64,000 nt of DNA from an uncultured bacterium (GTDB lineage: Bacteria; Patescibacteriota; Minisyncoccia; UBA6257; GWB1-50-10). The DNA lies in contig CAVRNT010000001.1 of assembly GCA_963722655.1 (NCBI GenBank), positions 17,447 through 81,446 of the forward strand. The letters run 5' to 3'. Positions within the stretch are counted from its first letter, which is position 1, and every line of letters begins with the position of its first letter. The notes beneath the pieces are model-generated. The model made no database searches. It was not told the origin of the DNA and saw nothing but the letters and a program-made list of their open reading frames with translations. A program made the translations under genes and the position numbers. Positions 20,966 through 30,756 of this stretch are shown here, piece by piece.

Positions 20966-22513
20966 TTAACTTAAAAGTTGCGGCAATAGGCTCTGCCCGG
21001 TCATCTCCGGCGGTTTTTTCAAATCCATCAAAGCGAGTAGGGTGGGCGCGACATCGGAGAGCATTCCGATCGTCGGCAATGGGGTGAGCAGGTCAATCGG
21101 CACCTTCCTTTGATGGTTCTTGGCAACGAGGTAGAAGGGCACCGGGCTCGCGTCATGCTTCGTTTCCGGCTCGCCTGTCTTGAGATCAAGCAGTATCTCC
21201 GCATTGCCGTGGTCGGAGGTGATCGCCATGACGTGTCCCTCGTCCAAGACCCGGCCGAGGAGCCGGTTCATTTCCCCGTCGACGAACCGCACCGCCTCCA
21301 TCGTCGCCTCGTAATTGCCGGTGTGGGCTACCATATCAGCGTTCGCATAGTTCACGAGGATGAAGTCGAAGGTGCCCTCGTCCAAGGCGGCGATCACCCG
21401 GTCGGTGATCGGCTTCGCCATCATCTCGGGATTCTGGTCGTAATGGAAGGTCCCGCTCGACGGGATGAGGATGCGGTACTCACCAGCGAAGGGCGTTTCT
21501 TTGAGGCCGTTGAAAAAGTAGGTCACGTGGGCGTATTTTTCGGTCTCGGCGACGCGCATTTGGCGCTTGCCGGCGTCCGCGAGGACCTGGCCGAAGGTGC
21601 CGGCGATATCCTCGTCGGGAAAGGCCACCGGGTTTCTGAAGGCCGGGTCGTAGCGGGTCATTGTGGCGACGAAGAGGTTCTTGAAATGCCTCACCGGGAA
21701 AGCGGCGAACTTCGGGTCCAGGAACGCCGCTGCAATCTGTTTCATCCGATCCGCCCGAAAGTTGAAGAAGATGACGGCGTCGTTCTCGGCGATCGGGCGT
21801 ACCGCCCCGACGGCCGTCGGTTCCAAGTATTCGTCGTCCAATCCGCGGTCGTAAACCCTGGCGGCCGAGGCGGCGACGTTCACCACGTCGCCCTTCGGCG
21901 CGGTTAAAGCCTCGTAGGCCACCTGGGTTCGCTCGAAATGCCGATCACGGTCCATCGCATAGTAACGGCCCGCGACGCTTGCAACGTTTCCGGAAATGTC
22001 CCGTCCGACGAGGGCTGAGAGCTTCTGCACGAGCTCGGTCACGGACCGCGGCCGACTGTCGCGTCCGTCGGAAACGAGTTGCAGACAGAACTTCTGTCCT
22101 TGCTCGTCGGCGATCTTCACGAGCGCCTCAACGTGCGCGAGCGAAGCGTGGACGTTCCCTTCGGTGAGGAGGCCGAAGAAATGGACCGTCGAGCTGTTCT
22201 TCTTCGCGTGGGCGAAGGCGCCCAAGATCGCCGGGTTGCGGAAGAAGCTGCCGTTACTGACTGCGAGCATTATCTTCGGGAAGTGCTGGTAGATGACCCG
22301 ACCGGCGCCGAGCGTGAGGTGACCGACCTCGCTGTTCCCTTCTTCCTCCCAGGGGAGGCCCACGGCCATGCCCGAGGCTTGGAGGGCGCCGCCCGGGAAG
22401 TTCGCCTGGATGAAGTTCATTGTCTTCGGCTCCGCGCGGTAGATCGCGTTCGCCTCGTTCAAGGGGCCGATCCCCCAGCCGTCGAGGATCACCAGAACAA
22501 AGGTTCGTTTCAT
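20966..22513 (-). CDS. gpmI: 2,3-bisphosphoglycerate-independent phosphoglycerate mutase
   Basis: LVILDGWG, GNSEVGH, ETEKYAHVT, NADMVAH and DHGNAE. Start 22513 chosen because TAGAAT lies 7 nt upstream. Confidence 0.95.
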   Translation of the reverse strand: MKRTFVLVILDGWGIGPLNEANAIYRAEPKTMNFIQANFPGGALQASGMAVGLPWEEEGNSEVGHLTLGAGRVIYQHFPKIMLAVSNGSFFRNPAILGAFAHAKKNSSTVHFFGLLTEGNVHASLAHVEALVKIADEQGQKFCLQLVSDGRDSRPRSVTELVQKLSALVGRDISGNVASVAGRYYAMDRDRHFERTQVAYEALTAPKGDVVNVAASAARVYDRGLDDEYLEPTAVGAVRPIAENDAVIFFNFRADRMKQIAAAFLDPKFAAFPVRHFKNLFVATMTRYDPAFRNPVAFPDEDIAGTFGQVLADAGKRQMRVAETEKYAHVTYFFNGLKETPFAGEYRILIPSSGTFHYDQNPEMMAKPITDRVIAALDEGTFDFILVNYANADMVAHTGNYEATMEAVRFVDGEMNRLLGRVLDEGHVMAITSDHGNAEILLDLKTGEPETKHDASPVPFYLVAKNHQRKVPIDLLTPLPTIGMLSDVAPTLLALMDLKKPPEMTGQSLLPQLLS

Positions 22514-22613
22514 TATCTTCATTCTAGCTTATTGGTTGTAAGTTGTCGGCTTGGGGTTTATACTTTAGCCATAATAAAGTCGATGAAAAACAACTCATAC
22601 ATTTTAAACATCA

Positions 22614-24134
22614 ATGAATTCAAGCATCCTGATAGCGGGAGCGGCGGTTTTGGGCCTGATCATCGGATATTTGGCGCGCGTCACGGCGGCCAAACGCCTG
22701 CAAAACTCGCTCGAGAAGAAGGCGGAAACGGAGCTCGAAGAGGCTAAGTCAAAGGCGAAAGAGGCGGTCCTCACCGCCAAGGATGAGGCGACCTCAATCA
22801 TCGCCGAAGCCCAAAAAGAAGAAAAAGAGCGCAAGCAGGAGTTGCGCCACCTCGAAGAGCGCCTCATCAAGAAGGAGGACGGCCTCGATGCGCGCGCTCG
22901 GGACCTTGACAGGACGGTCGCCAATTTAGAGGCCAAGGAAAACGCCATCAAAGAACGCGAAGCCGAAGCCGACGAACTTCACGAAAAGACGGTGAAGGAA
23001 TTGGAACGCATCGCGGGCCTCTCGCGCGACGAGGCCAAAAAAGCCATCTTCGAAGAGCTCCAGACGTCCTACCGCCAAGAGCTCGCGGACGCGATGGCCC
23101 ACTTGGAGCGGGAACGCGAAGAGAACGTCGAGGCGAAAAGCTTGGAGGTCCTCACGACCGCGATCCAGCGCTACGCCCGGAACGGCATCGCCGACATCAC
23201 GACGAGCGTCGTGAATTTGCCCGACGAGGAGATCAAGGCCAAGATCATCGGCCGCGAGGGCCGCAACATCCGCACCTTCGAGCGCCTGACGGGCGTCGAG
23301 GTGCTGATCGACGAAACACCGGAGAGCGTCATTCTCTCCTCCTTCGACCCGATGCGGCGCGAGCTCGCCAAGATGGCCCTCGAGAAGCTCTTGAAGGACG
23401 GCCGCATCCAGCCGGCGAAGATCGAGGAGAAGGTGGAAGAGGCGAGACAGGAACTCGAGGCCCGCGTGCAGAAGATCGGCGAAGAGGCGGCTTATGAGGT
23501 CGGCGTGACCGGTCTGCCCAAGGAGATCCTCTATCTTTTGGGCCGTTTGAACTTCCGCACGAGCTATGGTCAGAACGTCCTCACCCACTCCATCGAGATG
23601 GCCCACATCTCCGGCATGATCGCCGCCGAGCTCCATTTGAACGTGGAGACGGCGAAGAAGGGCGCCTTGCTCCACGACATCGGCAAGGCCATCGACCACG
23701 AGGTTGAGGGCACCCACGTCGAGATCGGCCGCAAGCTCCTCAAAAAGTACAACCTCCCCGAAGACATCATCCACGCGATGGAGTCGCACCATGAAGAGTA
23801 TCCTTATGCGACCCCCGAGGCCTACGTCGTGACGGCGGCGGACGCAATCTCGGCCGCTAGGCCCGGGGCGCGCCGCGACACGCTCGAAAAGTACGTGAAG
23901 CGCTTGGAGGACATCGAAAAGGCGGTGAACACCTTCGACGGAGTGAAGCAATCCTACGCCGTTTCGGCCGGCCGCGAGGTCCGGGTCTTCGTCGTTCCGG
24001 AGAAGATCGACGATTTCGGGGCGCTCGAACTCGCGAAAAAGATCGCCCAAAAAATCCAGACCGACGTCCAGTACCCCGGGGAGGTCAAAGTGACGGTCAT
24101 AAGGGAAGTTAAGGCCGTCGAATACGCGAGATAG
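22614..24134 (+). CDS. rny: Ribonuclease Y
   Basis: N-terminal TM, coiled coil, KH domain (IIGREGRNIR) and HD domain (LLHDIGK). Confidence 0.96.
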   Translation: MNSSILIAGAAVLGLIIGYLARVTAAKRLQNSLEKKAETELEEAKSKAKEAVLTAKDEATSIIAEAQKEEKERKQELRHLEERLIKKEDGLDARARDLDRTVANLEAKENAIKEREAEADELHEKTVKELERIAGLSRDEAKKAIFEELQTSYRQELADAMAHLEREREENVEAKSLEVLTTAIQRYARNGIADITTSVVNLPDEEIKAKIIGREGRNIRTFERLTGVEVLIDETPESVILSSFDPMRRELAKMALEKLLKDGRIQPAKIEEKVEEARQELEARVQKIGEEAAYEVGVTGLPKEILYLLGRLNFRTSYGQNVLTHSIEMAHISGMIAAELHLNVETAKKGALLHDIGKAIDHEVEGTHVEIGRKLLKKYNLPEDIIHAMESHHEEYPYATPEAYVVTAADAISAARPGARRDTLEKYVKRLEDIEKAVNTFDGVKQSYAVSAGREVRVFVVPEKIDDFGALELAKKIAQKIQTDVQYPGEVKVTVIREVKAVEYAR

Positions 24135-24220
24135 TAAAAGGTAGTAAAATAAAGGGGATTTTGGTATAATGCTTTCAATTAGAACAAAGGTCGGTAGTGA
24201 GATATAAATCGGACAAATCC

Positions 24221-24496
24221 ATGAAAAAGGACGGATTGGTGGAAGCGGTCATGAAAGCGGCCGGCACCGAGACCAAAAAGCAGGCTCAGCAGGCCGTTGA
24301 GGCGGTCTTTGACGCGATCGTGAAGTCCCTCTCGCGTGGCGAGGAGGTCGCGATCGCCGGATTCGGCACGTTCCGCGTGGTCAAGCGCGCCGCGAGAATG
24401 GGCGTGAATCCTAAGACCGGCGAGAAAATCCAGATCGCGGCTTCGACGAAACCGAAGTTCCGCGCCGGCAAGCTCCTCAAGGAGGCCGTAAAATAG
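24221..24496 (+). CDS. hup: DNA-binding protein HU
   Basis: GFGTF, ARMGVNPKTGEKIQI and PKFRAGK. Confidence 0.95.
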   Translation: MKKDGLVEAVMKAAGTETKKQAQQAVEAVFDAIVKSLSRGEEVAIAGFGTFRVVKRAARMGVNPKTGEKIQIAASTKPKFRAGKLLKEAVK

Positions 24497-24518
24497 GACC
24501 GATATCGATCGATACGAA

Positions 24519-24550
24519 CAAAAAACCCCGACTTAAGTCGGGGTTTTTTG
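24519..24550. terminator. Bidirectional terminator between convergent genes
   Basis: caaaaaaccccgact-ta-agtcggggttttttg. Confidence 0.85.
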
Positions 24551-24561
24551 TTCTTTATACC

Positions 24562-25488
24562 CTACTTCAGCAACTGCCTCACTAAGTTGCTGATATCAAT
24601 AAAGTCCTGATAGGCGTTCCGGACATCGTCCAGCGACGCCTTGACCAGTCCTTTGATTGATATCGGGTTGGAGGTTGCCGGCGTGCTGGTCGCCGTGGAG
24701 CTGGAATTCGAATCGGTCGAGGTGGCCAGCGAGCTCGTGGCCGTGAGGTCCAAAGGCGCCACTTCAAGGGAGACGGTGGAGGTCGCCGCGGTCGAGGTGG
24801 CCGTGCTCGTCGCGGTCGAGGTGGCGTTCACGTAGAGCGACAGGAAGAGGTTGGCCGCCCGCTGGTTCAGTTGGGCCGCCGTAGCGACGGAACTCGAGGC
24901 GTCCGCCAGGTCGCTTTTAATGGCCTTGGAGCCGGAGATGGCCGAATCCAGCCCGCTGAGGTCGCCAGTTATCTTGCCGTATCGCGCCACCGCCACTTGG
25001 ATGGCCTTGGTCTCCTGCTTCACGAGCAGGAAGTCCTGGATCGCTCCGACGAGCGGCAGATAATTGTCGTCCCGCCAGGTCTTGAAGTCACTCGCGATCT
25101 GCTTGATATCCCCGCTCGTGATGGTGGAAGACCCGTTGAGCAGCTGGTTCTCGGAATCGTAATAGGTCAAAAATTGGCTGAGGGAGTTCAGGGTGGCCGT
25201 CTTCCAACCGTCGTAGACCTTGTCCTTGTCGACGTTGAGGAGCTTCAGTTCGTAATCCTTGGTCTCGGCCGTTTGGAGGGAGAGGGCCTGCCCGAAGGCC
25301 GCGATGCGGAGCGAAACGTCGTCCGCGTTCCCCGTGTCCTTGGCGGAGATCAAATTATCGATCGCCGTCTGGGCGTCTTCCAAGATGCTCGATGTCGAGG
25401 TCGTCTGGGCCAGCGCGGCGCGGGAAGTAAAAAACGACCCAGCAACGATAAGGGCGAATAAGAGGAGTATCGAACGTTTCTTTAGCAT
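24562..25488 (-). CDS. Secreted helical protein with an ATST-rich low-complexity segment
   Basis: Signal peptide and NATSTATSTATSTAATST; third gene of the ECF module. Confidence 0.75.
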   Translation of the reverse strand: MLKKRSILLLFALIVAGSFFTSRAALAQTTSTSSILEDAQTAIDNLISAKDTGNADDVSLRIAAFGQALSLQTAETKDYELKLLNVDKDKVYDGWKTATLNSLSQFLTYYDSENQLLNGSSTITSGDIKQIASDFKTWRDDNYLPLVGAIQDFLLVKQETKAIQVAVARYGKITGDLSGLDSAISGSKAIKSDLADASSSVATAAQLNQRAANLFLSLYVNATSTATSTATSTAATSTVSLEVAPLDLTATSSLATSTDSNSSSTATSTPATSNPISIKGLVKASLDDVRNAYQDFIDISNLVRQLLK

Positions 25489-25501
25489 CTTTTCTTGAAT
25501 T

Positions 25502-25969
25502 TTAGTTGGTCACTTGGTTCAAAAGGTCGTCGATCTTGGGGTCGCTCGCCGGTACGCCCGGGTTCAAACCCGCGCTCTCCGCTTGGAGGACCGCCGGGTT
25601 CAAATGGCTCAATTTATTCGTGGTGATCTCCGAAATGGCGGAAGCGATCGTCTGGTTCACGTCCTGATTATAGGATACCTGCTTGAGCTCGATGTTGATG
25701 CTCAAGTTCGTGAATTCGTTGTTCAAGGCCTCGGCGCTCGCGATGGGGACCGCTTTCGGCGCTCCGGGCGCTTCAATCACCAAGACCAAGGCGGCGAGCA
25801 CGGCCGCCCCCAAGGCGACCTTCGGCCAAGCGGCGAAGATCCCAAACGGCCTCCGGGGAGCGGATGTGGCTAAAATGAGGCGCTTCGTCCGCGCCGCGAA
25901 ATCGGGGTCGGGCGCGATGCGCTTCAAATCTTTTAATTGTTCCAAAATATCGTTCTTCATTGTTTTCAC
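25502..25969 (-). CDS. Putative single-pass anti-sigma factor
   Basis: Overlaps the ECF sigma stop; short N-terminal helix (PDPDF...K..IL) followed by one TM helix. Confidence 0.6.
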   Translation of the reverse strand: MKTMKNDILEQLKDLKRIAPDPDFAARTKRLILATSAPRRPFGIFAAWPKVALGAAVLAALVLVIEAPGAPKAVPIASAEALNNEFTNLSINIELKQVSYNQDVNQTIASAISEITTNKLSHLNPAVLQAESAGLNPGVPASDPKIDDLLNQVTN

Positions 25970-26505
25970 GCTTCTTCGATGTATTTCTTGAGCTGTTTCA
26001 AGGCGCGATGCTGGATGACCCGGACCGCTCCTTCGCTCTTCTCGAGCGCGGCGGCGATCTCCTGATTCGACATCTCCTCCACGAACTTCATGAGGAGCAC
26101 GTCCTGATAGACTGGCTCCAAGCGCGCGAGATGCACCCGGACCTTCCGCATATCGAAACCCACGTCGACCTTGTCGCTGATGTCGGACCTTTCGGCGAAG
26201 ACGTCCTCCGGAACGGATTCCAAGCTGACGTTCTTCTTCGCCGTCCGATAGTGGTCGATCACGGCGTTCCGGGCGATCCGGTAAAGCCAGCTCGAGAAGG
26301 GGTAGCCCTTGAACTCGAAAGACCTCACGTTCCGCCAGGCACTCAGAAAGACCTCGTGGGTCAGGTCCTCGGCCTCGCCTTTTCGGCCGCCGACCTTGAG
26401 CAGTATGAACCTGTAAATAGCCGGAAGATGCTTGTCGTAAAGGGCGCCGAAGGCGGTACTGTCGCCCCTCTTCGCCTTTAAGACCAAATCACGTTCATCT
26501 TCCAT
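25966..26505 (-). CDS. ECF-family RNA polymerase sigma factor
   Basis: AEDLTHEVFLSAW, FSSWLYRIARN and EIAAALEKSEGAVRV. Confidence 0.93.
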   Translation of the reverse strand: MEDERDLVLKAKRGDSTAFGALYDKHLPAIYRFILLKVGGRKGEAEDLTHEVFLSAWRNVRSFEFKGYPFSSWLYRIARNAVIDHYRTAKKNVSLESVPEDVFAERSDISDKVDVGFDMRKVRVHLARLEPVYQDVLLMKFVEEMSNQEIAAALEKSEGAVRVIQHRALKQLKKYIEEA

Positions 26506-26670
26506 ATGCTAAAACGATAGAATTATCCTTTTGTTTCCACGCATCATTTACAAAGCGTAACGCGGTGTAACGTTACACGAAAACCGTCTTTATGTCTATT
26601 TTAACAAAGGGCTACTTAGATATCACACCTAGTGTGCCGCTTAATGGGCGGATTGGCGCTTTTAAATTAG

Positions 26671-26741
26671 AGCGGGTAAGGGGAATCGAACCCCTGTCAT
26701 CAGCTTGGAAAGCTGAGGTAATGCCATTATACGATACCCGC
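26671..26741 (-). tRNA. tRNA-Gly(TCC)
   Basis: GCGGGTA...TCAGC-TTTCCAA-GCTGA...AGGGG TTCGATT CCCCT TACCCGC T. Confidence 0.93.
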
Positions 26742-26806
26742 CTTTTCTCCGAGCTTACCACAAGATGACAAGAAGGAAAATCCCATGTTATCATTTAATC
26801 GATAAA

Positions 26807-27409
26807 ATGCGTTCAAGACCGACGCTCAAGAAAATCGGGTCCGTCGCCCTGCCGATCATCGTCATCGTCGGTATCCTCGTCTATTTCGCCGTCACATCCG
26901 GCAAGCCGACGGTCCCGGCGAGCTTCACCGAGGCGCGCCAAAGCGCCGCCGGCGTGAGCCAAGAAATCGTCACGCTCACGGGGACGGTGAACCAAAAGAT
27001 CCAAGCGGCGAACGCCGCCGAAATGCAAGGGAACACCGAAGCGGTCCTCGGGGCTATCAACGACGCTCGGACGGCGAACGCCGCAGCCTACGAGAAGTCC
27101 CTCGCCCTCTCCCAAAACCTGCAGCAGATGACCGAAGCGCTCGCGACCATCAATTCTTCGAAGAGCCAGCAGCTGGCCTACGAGGCCGTGGCCGTGGAAC
27201 TTTCCCTCGTCTCCGAGTTCATCGCCTACACCGGCTCCCTGAACGACTTTTTGAACGCCCTCGCCCGCTCCATCGCGACGAGCAATCAAGCGAACGACCA
27301 AGCGGTCGCGGGCGCCTTGAAGGCCGTGAACGATAGAGCCATGACCATCGATCAGTTGAACCAGGAGTTCAACCAAAAAATGGACGCCTTCGACATATCC
27401 GTAAAATAA
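26807..27409 (+). CDS. Hypothetical membrane-anchored coiled-coil protein
   Basis: N-terminal TM, then long amphipathic helices; first gene of a + strand run. Confidence 0.75.
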   Translation: MRSRPTLKKIGSVALPIIVIVGILVYFAVTSGKPTVPASFTEARQSAAGVSQEIVTLTGTVNQKIQAANAAEMQGNTEAVLGAINDARTANAAAYEKSLALSQNLQQMTEALATINSSKSQQLAYEAVAVELSLVSEFIAYTGSLNDFLNALARSIATSNQANDQAVAGALKAVNDRAMTIDQLNQEFNQKMDAFDISVK

Positions 27410-27412
27410 ATA

Positions 27413-27775
27413 ATGAAGTTCATCGGCCGTTTCATAGTCCATTTCCTCTCGAACGCCGTTGCGATCATCGTCGCCTCGTACTTCGTCGCCGGTTTTTCCT
27501 TTAGTGGTGACATCATGGCCCTCGCAGTCGCGGCAGTGATCCTCACTCTCATCAATACCTTCATCCGACCCGTCTTGAAGCTGCTTCTGGGACCGCTCGT
27601 CATCCTGACCTTCGGCCTTTTCACCATCATCATCAACGCCTTATCCCTCTATCTGCTTGACACTTTGACAACGGCGATTACCATTCAAGGATACTTGCCG
27701 CTTCTTTTGGCCACGCTCATTGTGAGCGCCGTGAACGCCGTCATCGGTCTCACGACCAGATGGAGCGCGAAATAA
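27413..27775 (+). CDS. 4-TM membrane protein (YvlD/phage holin family 4-like)
   Basis: INTFIRPVLKLL..PL.ILTFGLF...INA signature. Confidence 0.85.
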   Translation: MKFIGRFIVHFLSNAVAIIVASYFVAGFSFSGDIMALAVAAVILTLINTFIRPVLKLLLGPLVILTFGLFTIIINALSLYLLDTLTTAITIQGYLPLLLATLIVSAVNAVIGLTTRWSAK

Positions 27776-27779
27776 AATC

Positions 27780-27989
27780 ATGCTCATCGCCGCTCAAATC
27801 GTGGTTTCGATCATCCTCATCGCCCTCATCCTCGTGCAGGACCGCACGAGCGGCCTTTCCGGCGTCTTCGGCGGAGCGGGGGCGACGCCCTACCAGACCC
27901 GCCGCGGTTTGGAGAAGAGCATTTATTGGGCGACCATCGTGGCGGCCGCGATCTTTGCGGTCCTCGCCATTCTGAACCTGGTCCTTTAA
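27780..27989 (+). CDS. secG: Preprotein translocase subunit SecG
   Basis: LILVQ...GLSGVFGG...TRRGLEK and two TM helices. Confidence 0.9.
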   Translation: MLIAAQIVVSIILIALILVQDRTSGLSGVFGGAGATPYQTRRGLEKSIYWATIVAAAIFAVLAILNLVL

Positions 27990-28001
27990 GTCCTTAAGCC
28001 A

Positions 28002-29612
28002 GTGGGGTTTTTGAAGAAAATATTCCAAGCGCTGAGTTCGCGCGAAAAGAAGTTTCTTTTCGGCGCTATTTTTGTTCTGCTCTTTTCGGCCGCCCTCTCG
28101 GGCGGTCTCACGGTCGCCGAGCAAGGACACTACGTCCCCGTCGCGGGCGGTGACTATCACGAGGGTTTCGTCGGCCAGCCCATCGCCTTGAACCCGGCGG
28201 CCTCCGGGAACCCCGTCGATCAGGAAGCGAGCGTCCTGCTCTATGACACCTTGGGGAACCTCGCTTCGAACTACGACGTCTCGAACGACGGCTTAACCTA
28301 CAACGTGAAGCTCAAGGAGAACCTTCTCTGGAGCGACGGCGAGCCGCTCACGAGCGACGACGTCGTCTACACTGTGAAAACCATCCAAGACCCGGCGGCC
28401 GATTCCCCGCTCGCCCGCGACTTCGCGGGCGTGACCGTGGAGCGCGTGAGCCAAATCCAAGTGCGCTTCACCCTCGCCTCCCCCTACGCTTTCTTCCTCG
28501 ACCGCTTGGAGCGGCTGCTCGTCATCCCCCAGCACATTTGGGGCGACGTCCCGCCGGAGAACTTCCGCCTTTCGGACTACAACCTGGAACCGGTGGGGAG
28601 TGGCCCTTACCGCTTTGAAAGTTTCAGCAAGGACAAGAGCGGTTTCATCGTCGAATACCATTTGACCGCGAACCCCGACTACGCCGGGCCGAAGCCCTAC
28701 ATCGCCGATTTCTACCTCGATTTCTACAAAACGGCCGCGGACGCCGTAGTGGCTCTCGGCCGCCACGAGATCCAGGGCTACGGTACTCTCTTGCCATTGA
28801 ACGTTGACTTGAAGACCTTGCGCGGCGTCGTTCGGGAAGACCTGCCGCTCCCCAACTATTACGCCATCTTCTTTGATCAAACGGCGAGTCCGCTCCTCGC
28901 CGACCCGAACCTTCGGACGGCCCTCATCCAAGCGATCAACGTCCAGAACATCCTCGCTCAAGTCCCGGGCGGAAGCGCCATCTCGGGGCCATGGCTCGCC
29001 GGCACCTCGACCTCGACCGCAACCTCGACGCTGGCGGACGAAACGGCGAATGCCGCTTCTTTGATCGCCGCTTGGAAGACGAAGAATAAGGGGGTCGCGA
29101 TCGACCTCACGCTCACCGTCCCCAACGTGGATTTCCTCAAAAAGGTGGCGGATGAGGTCGCCACCGACTGGAAGGCGGCCGGCGTGGACGACGTGGAGAT
29201 CGCAACCTTTGACCCCCAGGACCCGACGGACGCGACCATCGAGTCGCGAAGCTACGAGGCGCTCCTTTTCGGCAATGTCTTAGAGAACGCGAACGATCTC
29301 TTCCCATTCTGGGACTCCTCGGAGGTCAATTATCCCGGCTCGAACCTGGCCCTCTACCAGAACTCGGCGGTGGATAAGCTCATCGAGGCCGCTCGGAGCA
29401 CGACGAGCTCATCGACCCAGTCGCGCGACCTCTCCCAAGCCGAAGGCGACATCCTTTCCGATGCTCCGGCCGCCTTCCTTTTCTCTTTGCCTTACGCCTA
29501 CTACCACACGGATAACTTGGGCGGCTTCACGGCCGGACCGCTCAGCCAGCCGGCGGACCGCTTCCTCGATGTCGCCAAATGGTACGTCGCCAAGGTCCGG
29601 ATTTTGAACTAA
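28002..29612 (+). CDS. Family-5 (Opp/Dpp-like) ABC substrate-binding protein
   Basis: LKENLLWSDGEPLTSDDVVYT, PVGSGPY and NLALYQNSAVDKLIE. Confidence 0.88.
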   Translation: MGFLKKIFQALSSREKKFLFGAIFVLLFSAALSGGLTVAEQGHYVPVAGGDYHEGFVGQPIALNPAASGNPVDQEASVLLYDTLGNLASNYDVSNDGLTYNVKLKENLLWSDGEPLTSDDVVYTVKTIQDPAADSPLARDFAGVTVERVSQIQVRFTLASPYAFFLDRLERLLVIPQHIWGDVPPENFRLSDYNLEPVGSGPYRFESFSKDKSGFIVEYHLTANPDYAGPKPYIADFYLDFYKTAADAVVALGRHEIQGYGTLLPLNVDLKTLRGVVREDLPLPNYYAIFFDQTASPLLADPNLRTALIQAINVQNILAQVPGGSAISGPWLAGTSTSTATSTLADETANAASLIAAWKTKNKGVAIDLTLTVPNVDFLKKVADEVATDWKAAGVDDVEIATFDPQDPTDATIESRSYEALLFGNVLENANDLFPFWDSSEVNYPGSNLALYQNSAVDKLIEAARSTTSSSTQSRDLSQAEGDILSDAPAAFLFSLPYAYYHTDNLGGFTAGPLSQPADRFLDVAKWYVAKVRILN

Positions 29613-29637
29613 AATAAGAGCGCAACAACCTCTCCTC

Positions 29638-30615
29638 ATGGACTCTTTCGAAAAGAACATCCTGGCGCTCCCCAAGCAGCTCGACCCTCGGGCGGTGAAG
29701 ACCGCAAACCTCGGTAAGCTCAAAAAATCCAAGCCGGACGGCATCGTCGTCTGCGGCATGGGCGGCTCGGGCATCGTCGGCGACATCTTGCGGGACACCG
29801 CCGCCGAAATCGGTTTGCCCGCCCCGGTCGTGGTTTTCAAGAACGACGGGCTTCTGCCAGTACCGTTCAAACGGCCGCTTTACGTCTGCGTCTCCTTCTC
29901 CGGCGACACCGGAGAGACGCTCCACTCCCTCCAAGAGGCCGCCCGGACCAAGGCCAAGGCCGGCGTGGCCGTTGTGACGGCCCGCGGCGGGGAGATGAGG
30001 AGGGTCGCGGAGAAGAAGAGGCTCCCGGCCGCCTTTTTCTCGCCCGGGCACTTGACGCCGCGGCAGGCCTCTGGCAGTATGTACTACGGATTAACGAACA
30101 TCCTCCGCGGGGTCTTCCCTCGCATCACCGTCCGCGACCTCTCCCAAAAGATCAAAACGGCCGGGCTGGCCCGCCAAGGCGCCGCTTTGGCCAAGCACAT
30201 CAAAGGTAAGAACATTTTGATATACTCCGACGAAGCGCATCTCTCATTGGGATATTTTTGGAAGATAACTTTGAACGAGACCGGGAAGAACGCCGCTTTT
30301 GTAAATTTTTATCCGGAGATAGACCACAACGAGATAGAAGGATTTTCAAATATCAGGGGCCCTTGGTCCGCCATTTGGCTCGTCGAACCCAGGGTGGCAA
30401 AAGTGACCAAACGGAAGGTTGATTTCATCATTCGGGCCTTGGAACGCAGCGGGATAGAGAGCGTTAAGGTGGCGCTCAAGGGTAAAACGGTGGCCGAGAG
30501 GATTTGGAACGGCATCGCCCTCGCCGAGTGGTCCGGCTATAATTTGGCCAAGTTGAACGGCGCGAAGCCGGCGGAGACCAAGGCGATCGACGAACTTAAA
30601 AAACGCTTCGAATAG
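29638..30615 (+). CDS. Bifunctional phosphoglucose/phosphomannose isomerase (SIS domain)
   Basis: CGMGGSG, VSFSGDTGET, NETGK and PEIDHNEIEG. Confidence 0.9.
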   Translation: MDSFEKNILALPKQLDPRAVKTANLGKLKKSKPDGIVVCGMGGSGIVGDILRDTAAEIGLPAPVVVFKNDGLLPVPFKRPLYVCVSFSGDTGETLHSLQEAARTKAKAGVAVVTARGGEMRRVAEKKRLPAAFFSPGHLTPRQASGSMYYGLTNILRGVFPRITVRDLSQKIKTAGLARQGAALAKHIKGKNILIYSDEAHLSLGYFWKITLNETGKNAAFVNFYPEIDHNEIEGFSNIRGPWSAIWLVEPRVAKVTKRKVDFIIRALERSGIESVKVALKGKTVAERIWNGIALAEWSGYNLAKLNGAKPAETKAIDELKKRFE

Positions 30616-30620
30616 CGATT

Positions 30621-30704
30621 GGGCAGATGGCGGAACTGGCAGACGCGCAGGCTTCAGGAGCCTGTGGGAGCAATCTCATGGGGGTTCAAGTCCCCCTCTG
30701 CCCA
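30621..30704 (+). tRNA. tRNA-Leu(CAG)
   Basis: GGGCAGA...CAGGC-TTCAGGA-GCCTG, long variable arm, GGGGG TTCAAGT CCCCC TCTGCCC A. Confidence 0.93.
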
Positions 30705-30756
30705 CAAAAGTAAAAGTTCTTTTTACTTCAAAAAGTCGAAAAAAAATAAGAACACT

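Noticed and set aside
27413-27775. Prophage lysis gene (holin-family similarity)
   Set aside because: It sits in a core operon with secG, has no phage neighbours, and the family is commonly chromosomal.
30619-30756. N-terminal extension of the RNase J ORF in the track
   Set aside because: It runs through tRNA-Leu; ATG 30757 is the plausible start.
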